64,000 bases of DNA from Salpingoeca rosetta. Its lineage: Eukaryota > Protista > Choanoflagellata. The stretch lies in contig JAWQFM010000017.1 of NCBI GenBank assembly GCA_033442325.1, forward strand, positions 225,454 through 289,453, given 5' to 3'. A program made the translations under genes and the position numbers. A model generated the notes under the pieces. That model made no database searches, was not told the origin of the DNA, and saw only the letters and a list, made by a program, of their open reading frames with translations. Below, one piece after another: positions 14,155-36,457 of this stretch (position 1 is the stretch's first letter; each line of letters starts with the position of its first letter).

Positions 14155-14484
14155 ATGAGCGAGCAACAGCAGCAGCACACCCAGCAGCAGCAGCAGCAGC
14201 AGCAGGCTGAGGACCCCTACATGGCTCTGTTCGGCCACCAGCACGAGATCCAGTCCCCCAAGAGGAAGTACTCCAAGTTCATCACAGAGAACCCCCTTGT
14301 GCCCGCCGCCATCGCCGGTGCCGGTCTCTCCCTGATTGGCGGTTTCTGGGCTTACAGGACCGGCCGGCAGCAGCTCTCACAATACCTGCAGCGCGCCCGC
14401 GTCGGCTTCCAAGGCCTCGCCGTCGCCGCCCTCGTCATCGGCACATGGTCTGGCGTCCACGATGACAACGACAAGAAGCAATAA
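14155..14484 (+). CDS. HIG1-domain protein (Rcf1/HIGD2A-like respiratory supercomplex factor), intronless
   Basis: KFITENPLVP..TM..RTGRQQLSQYLQRARVGFQG..TM matches the ENPLVP / Q..R.RV..QG HIG1 signature. Confidence 0.93.
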   Translation: MSEQQQQHTQQQQQQQQAEDPYMALFGHQHEIQSPKRKYSKFITENPLVPAAIAGAGLSLIGGFWAYRTGRQQLSQYLQRARVGFQGLAVAALVIGTWSGVHDDNDKKQ

Positions 14485-15337
14485 GAACAAGTCCACGCCA
14501 ACCCCAACCAACCAGCCAACCCCAGCCATAGGCCTCTCCCACACATACTCAACCAACCAACACACACATCAACAGCTCCAACGCTGATGGCGCTGACGCC
14601 TCTCTCTTCTTCTTTCCCAGTGTGCTAGGCGCGTTTCTTTGTTCTTTCCCCTCTGTGCTTCTTAAGCTCTCCTCACTCACTGTGAGGTGACGTCCCCTCT
14701 TTTTGCTTTATGTCAATGACGCGGGTTGGGAATCAATGAGCGATGTACCTCACGCCCTGCCGCAATGCAATTCATCGTCTTTGGGTGGCTATTGATATGA
14801 CGCCGTTTGTGATTTGTCTGGTTGTGTGCCATGTGTCGTCTGCAGTGTGAGTGTGTTTGATTGTGTTTGTGTGTTTGTGATTGTCTGTTTTCATTCTCCC
14901 ATCCTGATCTGCGAGCGAGCTGCGTGAGTGAGGTCCGCGTGTGTCGTTGTTACGGTGACGCACCCTGAGCCCCTCTCCTCTCCTCTCCTCTCCTCGTCTT
15001 CTGTCTTCTATCTCTTGAATGCATCCTGACCGCTGTTGCTCAGTGAGGCTCAATGCACATTGGTAGCTTCTCCTGAGTGTGTCATCGCTTCTTCCCCAAG
15101 CTGACAGTAAATAAACCTCCTTCCCCAAAGATAGCGAAACCACACAAACTACTTTCGTGTGTGTGCCTGTGCGTGTGTGTGTGTGTGCCTGTGCATGTGT
15201 GTGTGTGTGTGTGAGTGCGTTTGATGGCTGTGGGGTTTACTTATGATGACGGAAGGTGCATGTATGTGGCGCGATGAAAACAACAGTACAGTCAGCGAGG
15301 TGCCAACACAACGGGTGACATTGGTCCCATTGGCGCA

Positions 15338-16312
15338 TCACTTCCTTCCCTTTCCCTTCACTTTTCCTCCTTTGCCCTTCTTCGCCCCAGCCTTGTTCTC
15401 CGAGCTCTGCCCGCCCGCGCGCGTGTGTGTATGGTGTGCGTGGAGTGGAGAAGGTGTCAACGTTGCGGGTCAGCGTGCGTGCAAGGCAAGCAAGCGTGCA
15501 TGCAGGCAGCGTGCGTGCAAGGCAAGCAAGCGTGCATGCAGGCAACAAGCAAGCAAGCGTGCATGCAGGCAAGGCATTCACCTTGCGCTTCTTTGGAGCC
15601 CCGCCCGGGAGTACTTTGAAGAACGAGTCAAGACGACCCTGCGTTGACGTCTGATGGTGGTGGCACGGTGATGGTGGTAATGATGAGGTGTTGAGCAGAG
15701 CGTCAACGTGCTCATATGCATGACAGCGGAAAGTGGCATAGCTCACAGCAAGTGTTGACTTGACACGCAGCATAACAACACAACAACAATAAACACGACA
15801 ACAATAACACGACACCACGACGACAATTACATCATCACCACCACCACCCCTGGTCGCTGAGCCGGCAACACACCGATCGCGCCTTGACGAGCTTCTCTGC
15901 ACCGCGGCGAATGCGGCCCTCCCTGGTGGGGTTTGGGGGGGGGGGGTTTGAGGGGAGTATGGAAGGGGTGGGAGTGTATGGAGGGAGTGAGGGTTGAGGG
16001 GTGGAAGCGTCAGGAACAAGTCAGGTGATTTGCATTGCATGCACGTGTGAGTGAGACACACACAACAACAACGCAAACACACACACGCACACACACGCAC
16101 ACACACGCACACACACGCACACATACACGCACACGACACCACGCAGCTACCGTCTCTTGACTCACTCGAAGCCGTGTTTGTTGCACATGAAATCAACGAG
16201 TTTGTCAACATCCGGGATGTTCCACTTGAGCTGCGCAGGTGATGGTGAGTGATGGTGAGTGATGGTGAGTGATGGGGGCAGTGGTAGAGTGCTGGTACGC
16301 CCCGTTCACACA

Positions 16313-16360
<48 letters not shown>

Positions 16361-17117
16361 AGCACACACACACACACACACACACACAAAGCAACGGCCT
16401 CCCCCCCCCCAAAAAAAAAACACACAACGCACGTCGATGTCCTTTGCCGGCGCGACTTCTGGGTTCTTGAACAGCTCGCGTGCCTCTGCAAACTTCCAGT
16501 CGTCCGGCACTGTGTACTTCTTCTTCTCCTTCTTGATCGCCTCCAGTATCGCCTCGATGGAATGGTGCTCCTTGATGAGTGAGTACGCGCGCACGCGTCC
16601 AATTCCTCCAATCTTGTCGCAGTAGTCGCAGCCAAGCAGGATGCACAGGTCGATAAACTGCACGTGTGTGTGGGGGGGGGGTTGGGTTGGGTGGGTTCAT
16701 GGTGTGCGAGAGTGCGAACAGAAGGTGAGATGGGGGGGGGGGATACGGAGAACAAGTTGACTTAAGTGCGAACCACATCCTCACCCAAACATTCAAACAA
16801 AACACACGCACGCACGCACGCACGCACGTCATAGACATACACACACACACGCCTAGCACTCAAACACACAACACCACACCACACGACACCGCAAACAGCA
16901 CGTGCGCACCTCGTCCTGGGAGAGGTCGAGGCCCTCCAGCACCTTCTTCAGCTCAAACTGCTGAATCGGCATCTTGCGCGCTTCGCTGAACGTCATGTGA
17001 CGCAGCAGCACACTCGTGCCAAACGTCAACGCATCCATATCCTCTGTGGCCGTCGCAAACACTTTTCCCGCCTTGACCAGCTCGGCACACTGCGCCTCTG
17101 CCTCACACGGCGCCTGG

Positions 17118-17182
<65 letters not shown>

Positions 17183-18330
17183 GTGTGCGTGTGTGTGTGT
17201 GTGTGTGTTGTGTGCGTGTGTGTGTGTGTGTTGTGTGCGTGTGCGTGTGAAAATGAGCTCATATGTGCGTCTGTCATGCATGGGACCAAATGATAACGAT
17301 CAATTCTTCTTTCGATACAACGCACACACACACACGACACACACGACACACACATGCGCGCGTGTCTGCGTGCACATACCACGATGTATGGGATGCCCAT
17401 GAGGTCCAGGAGCTCTTGGCACTGCCGGTTGTGCTCGGGTGTGACCTTCACCAGTCGACGCGTAAACTTCTCCATATCCGCCTGCACGCCTGTTCACACA
17501 GAGAGAGATGCACAAAACACACAACAAGAGTTGTAAGCGCAAGTGTAATGGCAGGTAGCAGCACACGCACGCACGCACATGCGTGACAGCCGGGTCGTTG
17601 ACAGACCTTCCTCCGTGGCGGCCTCCAGCTTGGACTGGGCCTCCTTCCTGCGCTCCGTCCGCTTCGCAAGCTCGCCACTCTTCAGCGTCGGTGGCTTGCC
17701 ATCAAACACATACCTGTCGTCAAACCAACACCAGCACAAGAACACGCACGCTTGCTGTTTAGGTACAACGTGTACACGCGCGAACACGCGCAACACACAC
17801 ACACATGCACAGCACAGACCCGCAGCGAACCAGCAAACAATACACATCGCAACCCAAGTGTGTGTTAAGCACTCTTATGAAACCGTAAACACATACGCAC
17901 ACACACAGCAAACGTACACGGGCTTGACACCGTTGTTGACCATGCGGATGGTGCGGTAGAAGATGCCGGAGAGGTGGCTGGTGGTCTCGCCCTCTGCGTT
18001 GGTGAGGTTGCTGCCTTCCGATCGCACCGCAATCAGGAACTGGTAGATGCTCATGGACGCATCAATGGCCACCTTGCGGCCTACACGACGACGCAAGCGG
18101 GAGGAAAAGAGAGAGGGAGAGAAAGAGACGATGAGCGCGGGCGCGAGTGCGGCTGTGTTGAGATGATGATGATGATGGGCAGTGCAAGTGATGACAGCGT
18201 ACAAGTGTCTTTCCTTATCACGCGTGCACCTTTGATGTTACCACTCACCAAAGAGGTTCTTCATCTCCGTCTCCTTCACAGCATGACTGGCGTTGTCGCC
18301 AATCACCTTGGACAGGTCATGAATTCCCAT
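15338..18330 (-). CDS. FEN1: Flap endonuclease 1
   Basis: [96 protein letters not shown] box QGRLDSFF and a Lys/Gly tail. Confidence 0.98.
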
Positions 18331-18482
18331 CGCTGGCTGGGGTGGGTGATAGGGTGGATGTGTGTGTGTGTGATGTGTGTGTGTTTGTGTGTGATGTGTG
18401 TGGATGTGTGTGTGTGTGTGTATGGGGTGTGTGATGTGATGTGTGTGGATGTGTGTGTGTGTATGGGGGTTTCGTTCGTTCG

Positions 18483-18498
18483 TTTTGGCGCGCGAAAA
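18483..18498. promoter_or_regulatory. Overlapping double E2F consensus site upstream of FEN1
   Basis: TTTTGGCGCGCGAAAA contains TTTGGCGC on + and TTTCGCGC on - (both match TTTSSCGC). It lies ~150 bp upstream of the FEN1 ATG. Confidence 0.65.
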
Positions 18499-18540
18499 TG
18501 CGATTGTAGAAATTTATTTCAAGGTTTTCAATAGAATTCG

Positions 18541-24674
<6,134 letters not shown>

Positions 24675-24864
24675 CTCCACTGCCCTGCTTGCTTGTGTTT
24701 TTGCTTTTTCCTCCTCCTCTCCTCCTTTCATTCATTCTTCTCCTTGCTGTCCTTCTTGTTGTTCCTTCTTCTTGTTGCGTGTTGTTGTGCCTTCACGTGC
24801 GCCTGCTTCCTTGCTTCTTGCTTCTTCTTCCCCCGCCCCCTCGCGCGAGTCGGTTGCAGTGAAG

Positions 24865-25842
24865 ATGCGTGCGCTGAGGCCCGTGTCCAGGGCGTACGAC
24901 GCCATCATCGTCGGCGGCGGCCACAACGGCCTTGTCGCTGCCGCTTACCTCGCCCGCCAAGGTCCGCCGTGCTGCCTGCTGCGAAGTGCACTCCTCCCAA
25001 TCACACACATAGGCATGACCGAACACACACATACACACTGAACGCGCACACTGAACAACACACTCACACGTGCACGCACAGGTGGCAAGGTGCTTGTTCT
25101 GGAGAAGAACGACCAAGTCGGTGGCGCTGCCGTGTCCTCGGAGATTGTGCCAGGGTTCAAGTTCTCCCGTGCATCCTACCTCGCCGGCCTGATCCGCCCC
25201 TCCATCGTCAAGGAGCTCGACCTCCACAAGGTGTGTGTGTGTGTCTGTGTCTGTGTCTGTGTCTGTGTCTGTGTCTGTGTGTGTGTGTGTGTCTGTGTCT
25301 GTGTCTGTGTCTGTGTCTGTGCGTGTCATGAGAGACCTGTTTTCACGTCGCCATCGGCAACAACCAACATGCCATCTCCTCCCCTGTTCTCCAACCTCGT
25401 ACGCTTTCCTCTCTGCCTTCCTCTCTTGCTACCACCAGCATGGCCTTCGCTTCCTGCCCCGGGACCCCTCGTCCTTCACTCCGACCAAGACGCCGGGACA
25501 GCACCTCATGTTCTGGGACGATGAGACAAAGACAGCAGCGTCCATCGCCCAGTTCAGCAAGGTGCGTTTGCGCCGTGCTCACACACACGCGCGCGCGGGG
25601 GGCTTTGTGTCATGTTCACCGGCGGCTATTACTCACATGCTACGTGTGTCTGTGTGTGTCTGCACCTGGTCCTCTGCTGCTGCTGTGTGTCTCTACATCT
25701 ATGCGTCTGTCTGTGTGTGGCAGCATGATGCCGATGCCTTCCCCAAGTACGAGGCCAAGATTGGCCGCTTCCGCGACCTCATCCAACCGTTTCTCGAACG
25801 CCCCCTCCCCAACGTCTCCTTCGACGAGCTGGTACAAGTCGT

Positions 25843-25876
<34 letters not shown>

Positions 25877-26240
25877 CTGGGTGTGTCTGGGTGTGTGTCT
25901 GTGTGTGTGTCTGGGTGTGTGTGTGTGTCTGGGTGTGTGTGTGTGTGTGTGTGTGTCTGTCTGTCTGTTTGTCTGTGTGCCTGCTGGATGAATGTCCCTC
26001 ATTGCTCCTTGCTCACTCCACTCTGTGCTCTGAAAACGTTGCAATGCGTCTGCTCAACAACACCGACAACGATCATCACCTCTCTCACTGTCTCGGTCGC
26101 GCAACAGCAACGTGGCAACCTGATGGCCTTTGCCCGCCTCGCCTCCCAACACTTTGACCTCCTCACACATATCTTCAAGTACAAGAAGGAGCTTGTGAGT
26201 AATATATTTCCTGTTCGTGTTGTGCGCGCGTGTGTGTGCG

Positions 26241-26296
<56 letters not shown>

Positions 26297-28308
26297 GTCT
26301 GTCTGTTCGCGTGTCTGGCTGTCCCAGTTTTCTTGCTTCTTCTTCCTCTTCCCCTCTGATCAGCATCACCCTCACTCCCACCACCACCACCACCACCACC
26401 ACCACCTTATTGTGCGCAGGCAGAGTTCTACGAGCTACTGACCGCGCCCGCGTCCCAGATCCTGGACCGCTGGTTCGAGAGCGAGATGCTCAAGACGACG
26501 CTCGCCACCGACGCTGTCATCGGTTCCATGGCTGCACCCTCGGACCCGGGCTCGGCATACGTCCTCCTCCACCACGTCATGGGCGAGGTCGCAGGCAAGT
26601 CGTGTGCTCTGTGTGTGCGTGTGTGTCTGTCGTCTGTCTGTCTGTCTCCCATGCGGCTCTCCCCCTCCCTCTGTTTCTGCCCACGTGCCCGTGATCACCC
26701 ATGCACAATACTGACCTCGCTCCACTGCCACAACAAACCAAAACTCACAATGCACACACACCCCGCCACCACCACCACCACCACCACTCGACAGGCCGCA
26801 AGGGCGTGTGGGCGTATGTTGAGGGCGGAATGGGGGCGTTGAGTAACGCCATTGCCGCCAGTGCAAAGCAGGCCGGTGCTGAGATCATTGTCAACGCAGA
26901 CGTGCAAGAGATTCTTATTGATGAGAGCAGCAACACCAACGGCGGCAAGAAGAAAGGGCGACGTGGTGATGACGCGAGCATTGATGCCGGTGGCGTGACG
27001 GGCGTGCGCGTTGTGCTGGGCGATGGCACAGAGATGGAGGTCAGCAGCAACTTTGTCCTGAGCAACTGCACGCCACACCGCACGTACACGGAGCTGTTGC
27101 CCAAGGACCGCCAGGCGTCTCTCCTTGGCGAGGACTTTCTTAAACGCATTCAGACGACTGATTACTCGTGCGGCGCGTTCAAAATCAACTGTGCCGTCAG
27201 CGAGCTGCCAGACTTTGTATGCGCGCCGAACAAAGGCACCGGCCCAGAGCCCCACCACCACGGCACAATCCACTTTGAGAACTCCATGCACGAGCTCGAA
27301 CGCGCTGCGGCCGAGGTGGGTCGGGACAGACTGGGGTGTGTGCGTTTGTTGGGGGGGGGGGTTGTATGTATCTGTGTCTGTGTCTGCCTGTGTGTCTGTC
27401 TGTGTGTGTCTGTGTTTGTGTGTCTGTGTCTGTGTCTGTGTCTGCGTGTGTCTGTGTGTGTGTCTGCGTGTTTGTCTGCCTGCCTGACTGCCTGTTTTCG
27501 CTGCAAGCTTGAACCACACACGCCGCCACACTAGCTCCTCCACCGTTCCCTCTCCCCCACAACTCACACACACACACACTCACTCTCTCTCTCGAAAGGC
27601 GAAGACTGGGCGGCCAGCCACGCGACCTGTGATTGAGATGACGATTCCATCTGCCATTGACAAGACCATTGCACCAGAGGGCAAGCACGTGGTGCAGCTC
27701 TTTGTCCAGTACGCGCCTTACGACGTGGACCCACAGGTGGGCAGAGACGCGGTGGACAGTTAGGGGTGATGGAAGCCGGTGTGATAGCGTGATGTTTGGT
27801 GGACAGTCGTGTTGCACAAATCACTGCGTCCACGCACACGCACACACGCACACATGCAACTCGTTCCGTGAGCACAGCGCCAGCTCACCTTGTATACACA
27901 ACTACGTCACACAACACCACATTGCACCACATTGCACCACATTGCACCACATTGCACCACGGCCAGGTTGGCACGTGGGCTGATGAGTCGTTCAAGGAGT
28001 CGTTTGTTCGCCGCGTGTTCAGTGTTGTGGACGAATTCGCCCCCAACTTCAGCTCCTCCGTCATCGGATACGACGCCCTCTCCCCACTCGACATTGAGCG
28101 CGAGTTTGGATTGCATAAGGGCAACATCTTCCATGGGGCAATGTCCCTGCACCAGATCCTCTACCTGCGCCCCACCCCGGAGTACTGCGACGGCACCACG
28201 CCCATCGACGGGCTGTACATCTGCGGAAGTGGCGTCCACCCTGGCGGCGGTGTCATGGGCGCGCCGGGCCGAAACGCCGCTCGCATTGTGCTGCAGGACG
28301 CCGAGTGA
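24865..28308 (+). CDS. PYROXD2: Pyridine nucleotide-disulfide oxidoreductase domain protein 2 (phytoene-dehydrogenase-like flavoprotein)
   Basis: [99 protein letters not shown]. Confidence 0.95.
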
Positions 28309-29216
28309 GCGGGGATCGTGGCTGCGTGGGCACGAGAGGAAGAAAGCGCGAGATGGACCGGTGGCGAGGGAGTTGGTTGCTTGGCACTTGTGGGTTGGAT
28401 TTGGCGTGTGGAGGATGAAGAAGAGGTCCGAGAAGAAGAGGTCCGAGGGGAATGGCACAAGTGTCTGACCCTTCATAAGCCCCCCCCTCTCTCTCTCTCT
28501 TTTCTGATACGACCTTCCAACCATTTGTGTACTTGCCTGCCTCTCTTTCCGCGTCGATTCCTCATTTGTTCTCTTTCGATTGCTCGTCAACCACGCCATC
28601 CACCACGAGATGCACACCGTCTCTCTTTGCTCCGGCAATGCACGTGTTAGTTTGTATGCATGTATCGCTGTATTGTTCATCGTCCAAAACGGCAACGTTA
28701 CCACCACAACAACAATCAACAATCATCAACCACAACAATCATCAACAACAACAATCATCAACAACAACAATCATCAACCACCACCACCACCACCATCGCC
28801 ATGCTCCCGTTGTCTGTCCTCCATTCCATAAAAGAAAGTGTCCACCACAAGCAAGCAATTCGAGTGTGTGGGTGTGGGTGTGGGTGGGTGGGTGGGCGTG
28901 GAGAAAAGCCTCGGCTGTGGCAGTTGGCTATTTGTATACTCACGAACACAACGCTGTGACAGGAAATCAATGTATGTACAGCAGACAAACCTGGGAAAGG
29001 GCAACAAAGCCACTACAAGACAAGCAAGCAAAAAAAAAAAAAAAAGCAAACAAAAAAGCGAGAGAGGCAACAAGCATTCAGCACATGAAACATCCCTGCA
29101 GCACGTACACGCAATCTCACGCTCAAACACATACAAACGTCTCACAAATTACTCGCTCATATCTCCCGCTTCACTCATGCATGCATCCAATGTCACCACC
29201 ACCACCACCATGGCGC

Positions 29217-33225
<4,009 letters not shown>

Positions 33226-33394
33226 AGTTGCGCTGCGCCAAAATTGAACGACACCATAAACTGTAGTGCCTTATCGACCGCAACAGCCAGCAGAAAGAGC
33301 CGACACACACTATCAACAGACAGACAGCTCACACACCCGCAAGCAGGCGGGTACAAGCAGACATAAGTTGTGGAGAGCAGAAGACGGGAGAGGC

Positions 33395-33659
33395 ATGGAA
33401 GTGACGGTGCAGGTTCTGCCGGGCGGGACGTTTACGTTCACGCTCGAGAATGGCGACGCAACGACGGTGGCGGAGGGTGAAGGCGCTCGTGGCAAGCAAG
33501 GGTGCGGCGTGCGCGGGCAAGCCATTGCTGACGGTGTTCCAGGGCAAGAAGCTGGCGGACGACGACACGCTTGGCGCAGCTGGCGTCAAAAGGCGGCGAC
33601 AGCTGTTTGTGGCCGTTGCCCCGCAGGCACAGGGGTCCCAGGGTTCCCCAGCAGGCAGC
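33395..33659 (+). CDS. 5' end of a gene with an N-terminal ubiquitin-like domain (runs into gap)
   Basis: MEVTVQVLPGGTFTFTLENGDATTVAE/VKALVASK..LTVFQGKKLADDDTLGAAGVK fits the UBL pattern (L.F.GK.L.DD.TL...G+K). One-base indels next to the gap are probably read errors. Confidence 0.7.
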
Positions 33660-34465
33660 NNNNNNNNNNNNNNNNNNNNNNNNNNNNNNNNNNNNNNNNN
33701 NNNNNNNNNNNNNNNNNNNNNNNNNNNNNNNNNNNNNNNNNNNNNNNNNNNNNNNNNNNNNNNNNNNNNNNNNNNNNNNNNNNNNNNNNNNNNNNNNNNN
33801 NNNNNNNNNNNNNNNNNNNNNNNNNNNNNNNNNNNNNNNNNNNNNNNNNNNNNNNNNNNNNNNNNNNNNNNNNNNNNNNNNNNNNNNNNNNNNNNNNNNN
33901 NNNNNNNNNNNNNNNNNNNNNNNNNNNNNNNNNNNNNNNNNNNNNNNNNNNNNNNNNNNNNNNNNNNNNNNNNNNNNNNNNNNNNNNNNNNNNNNNNNNN
34001 NNNNNNNNNNNNNNNNNNNNNNNNNNNNNNNNNNNNNNNNNNNNNNNNNNNNNNNNNNNNNNNNNNNNNNNNNNNNNNNNNNNNNNNNNNNNNNNNNNNN
34101 NNNNNNNNNNNNNNNNNNNNNNNNNNNNNNNNNNNNNNNNNNNNNNNNNNNNNNNNNNNNNNNNNNNNNNNNNNNNNNNNNNNNNNNNNNNNNNNNNNNN
34201 NNNNNNNNNNNNNNNNNNNNNNNNNNNNNNNNNNNNNNNNNNNNNNNNNNNNNNNNNNNNNNNNNNNNNNNNNNNNNNNNNNNNNNNNNNNNNNNNNNNN
34301 NNNNNNNNNNNNNNNNNNNNNNNNNNNNNNNNNNNNNNNNNNNNNNNNNNNNNNNNNNNNNNNNNNNNNNNNNNNNNNNNNNNNNNNNNNNNNNNNNNNN
34401 NNNNNNNNNNNNNNNNNNNNNNNNNNNNNNNNNNNNNNNNNNNNNNNNNNNNNNNNNNNNNNNNN
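33660..34465. other. Assembly gap (N run)
   Basis: N run separating the housekeeping block from the accessory island. Confidence 1.
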
Positions 34466-34662
34466 ATGCGGACTTGAAACCGGGAACCATGTTCAAGAGC
34501 AAGGATGGTGTGTTACGTGCTTTCACAGCCGTCGCTGTGTTCCATGAGATGGATGCAACCACTATGTGAGTGCCTTACCTCGGTGCATGCGTATGCGCCC
34601 ACGTCCTGTGTTTGTACGTGCTTGCATGCAAGCAAGGAGAAGGAAGCACGCGCGTCCACTCA
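34466..34662 (+). mobile_element. Degenerate second copy of MULE transposase exon 1 and start of intron 1
   Basis: Near-identical direct repeat of 48427-48613 (ATGCGGACTTGAAACCGGGAACCATGTTCAAGAGC...), with a 5-bp insertion that shifts the frame. Confidence 0.92.
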
Positions 34663-34969
34663 CTCACAAACACATACTCTCTCGCTCTGTCTGCCTGTCT
34701 CACACACTCTCTATCACTCGCACTCACAAACACATACACTCATACACACACACTCCACACACTCTCGTACACACACACTCCCCCTGTCTCTCTGTCTATC
34801 ACGCATTTTCGTGCACCCACATACATCCACATACACACTACATCCACACACGGATCAACACGGTTGGTTGCAAGGCAAGGGGGTTGAGGTGCCTACAGCA
34901 AGCACGGCAGCAGATGCCTCTCGGCGGTGTGAGCAGCAACAATCCCACGAGCAGACCCAAGGACAGCAG

Positions 34970-36430
34970 CGCTGACGTCGTGGGCACAACTCCGACAGCA
35001 GGGACTTGACGTGCGCATTGTCGCGTATCCCATGGGTCTGCACGAGCTGTGCACCATACTTGCGCATCACGATGGTGTGGTAGACATCAAGTGTCTCCCA
35101 CAAGCAGACGTCGTCCTTGCTCGGTGAGGCAATGTTTTTGTGTGCTTGCGAATGTGTGTGCGTGTGTGTGTGCGCGCGTGTGCGTGTGTGTGTGTGTGTG
35201 AGTCTTGCGTGCGTGTTGTATGCGTGTGCGTGCGTGTTGTATGCGTGTGCGTGCGTTTTGTGTGCGTGTGCGTGTGTGTGCGTGTTTGTGTGTGGTTGTG
35301 TGTGTGTGTGCGTGCGCGCGTGTGTGTGACTGGATAACCCTTTAGCCCTTTGACCCTATTCATAATGTGAGCGGACGCAGCACATCCTTACATGTACAGT
35401 CACTTGTGTTCTCACGCACAGGTTCAGGGGTCATGAGGATGTGGAACTTGTACTTGTGGACATTGATGGCTGTTGCTCCATTAGCTACATTTCGTGTACA
35501 GATCCTTTGCGACACTCGGCAAGGCCACAGGACTGCTAGGAGCAGGATTCTGTTGGCGTGGCATGCGATGAACGCAGCACCAGACCTTGTTCAGGTACGC
35601 ACTGTATGCTTCCATGTATGTGTGTGTGTGTGTGTTGCGTGTGTGTGTGATGGCTCACGCAAGTGTCTTCGCTAGCGACCGCATCGTTGTCCATCTCGCG
35701 CCACTGTGCATCCCTTCCCCTCACCGTCGCATCATTCCATCATTGTCTATTGTCACATCCACAACAGATGAAGAAGGGTGCACAAGATCTTGGTCTGCTG
35801 TGGGATGAGCATGTCTGTCACCCGTCATATCCACGCGTTTGTGGCTGAGTGCTGACGGCGTGTGCGTCACAGCTTCTTTGACGAGCATGACCAGCATCGT
35901 GTCGCAGTACAAGGAGAGGTTCCGAACCTGCGCAGCTGCAAGCAAGCTGCCAATCTCAGCAACCACCACCAACCTCACGCCCCTGCCGTCCATTAGTGGC
36001 TGTCTACGCTGCAGCGTTGATGTTGGAACGCTGACCAGACCGTGTTTCGGGTGTTGTGGATCTCCGTGGACCATCGCGGACGCCTCTCCTCCAACTAGCC
36101 AACTTCACTGACGCCATCTTTTGCGATGAACGAATTGACGCTTGTTTTGTGCGCGGAGGACATCGTGCTCTCACAACACATCTCCGTGCTTCGATTTGAC
36201 GGCAAACTTGGTCCGGATGCCAGTTGTGAGGATTGGAAGTGGCACGAGGAGCGAGCTGTCCCAACTCTCTCAGCTCTATGTCATGGAACGTCTGCGTGCT
36301 CTGCGTGCTCTTGTGTGGAGCACCCACAACATCCGGACTTCTGGACAACCCTCTCTGAACGCTTCAACAGAGTCAAGATCCAAGAAACCCCACTGAGCAC
36401 ATCGCCAATCGTCCGTTTTCACCAAAACAC
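34970..36430 (+). pseudogene. Degenerate spliced gene fragment: RRM-like domain, then a segment resembling the N-terminal region of eukaryotic RdRP
   Basis: LDVRIVAYPMGLHELCTILAHHDGVVDIKCLPQADVVLAR|FRGHEDVELVLVDIDG spans a GT-AG intron (RRM-like). CSVDVGTL/DQTVFRVLWIS spans a frameshift near 36035. Several stops are present. Identity judged by eye only. Confidence 0.35.
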
Positions 36431-36457
36431 CACCCACCCACTCTCCCACCATCAGTC

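Noticed and set aside
33470-33610. Frameshifts in the ubiquitin-like ORF read as pseudogenisation or programmed frameshifting
   Set aside because: They are single-base indels in homopolymers within 200 bp of a gap, so sequencing error is more likely.
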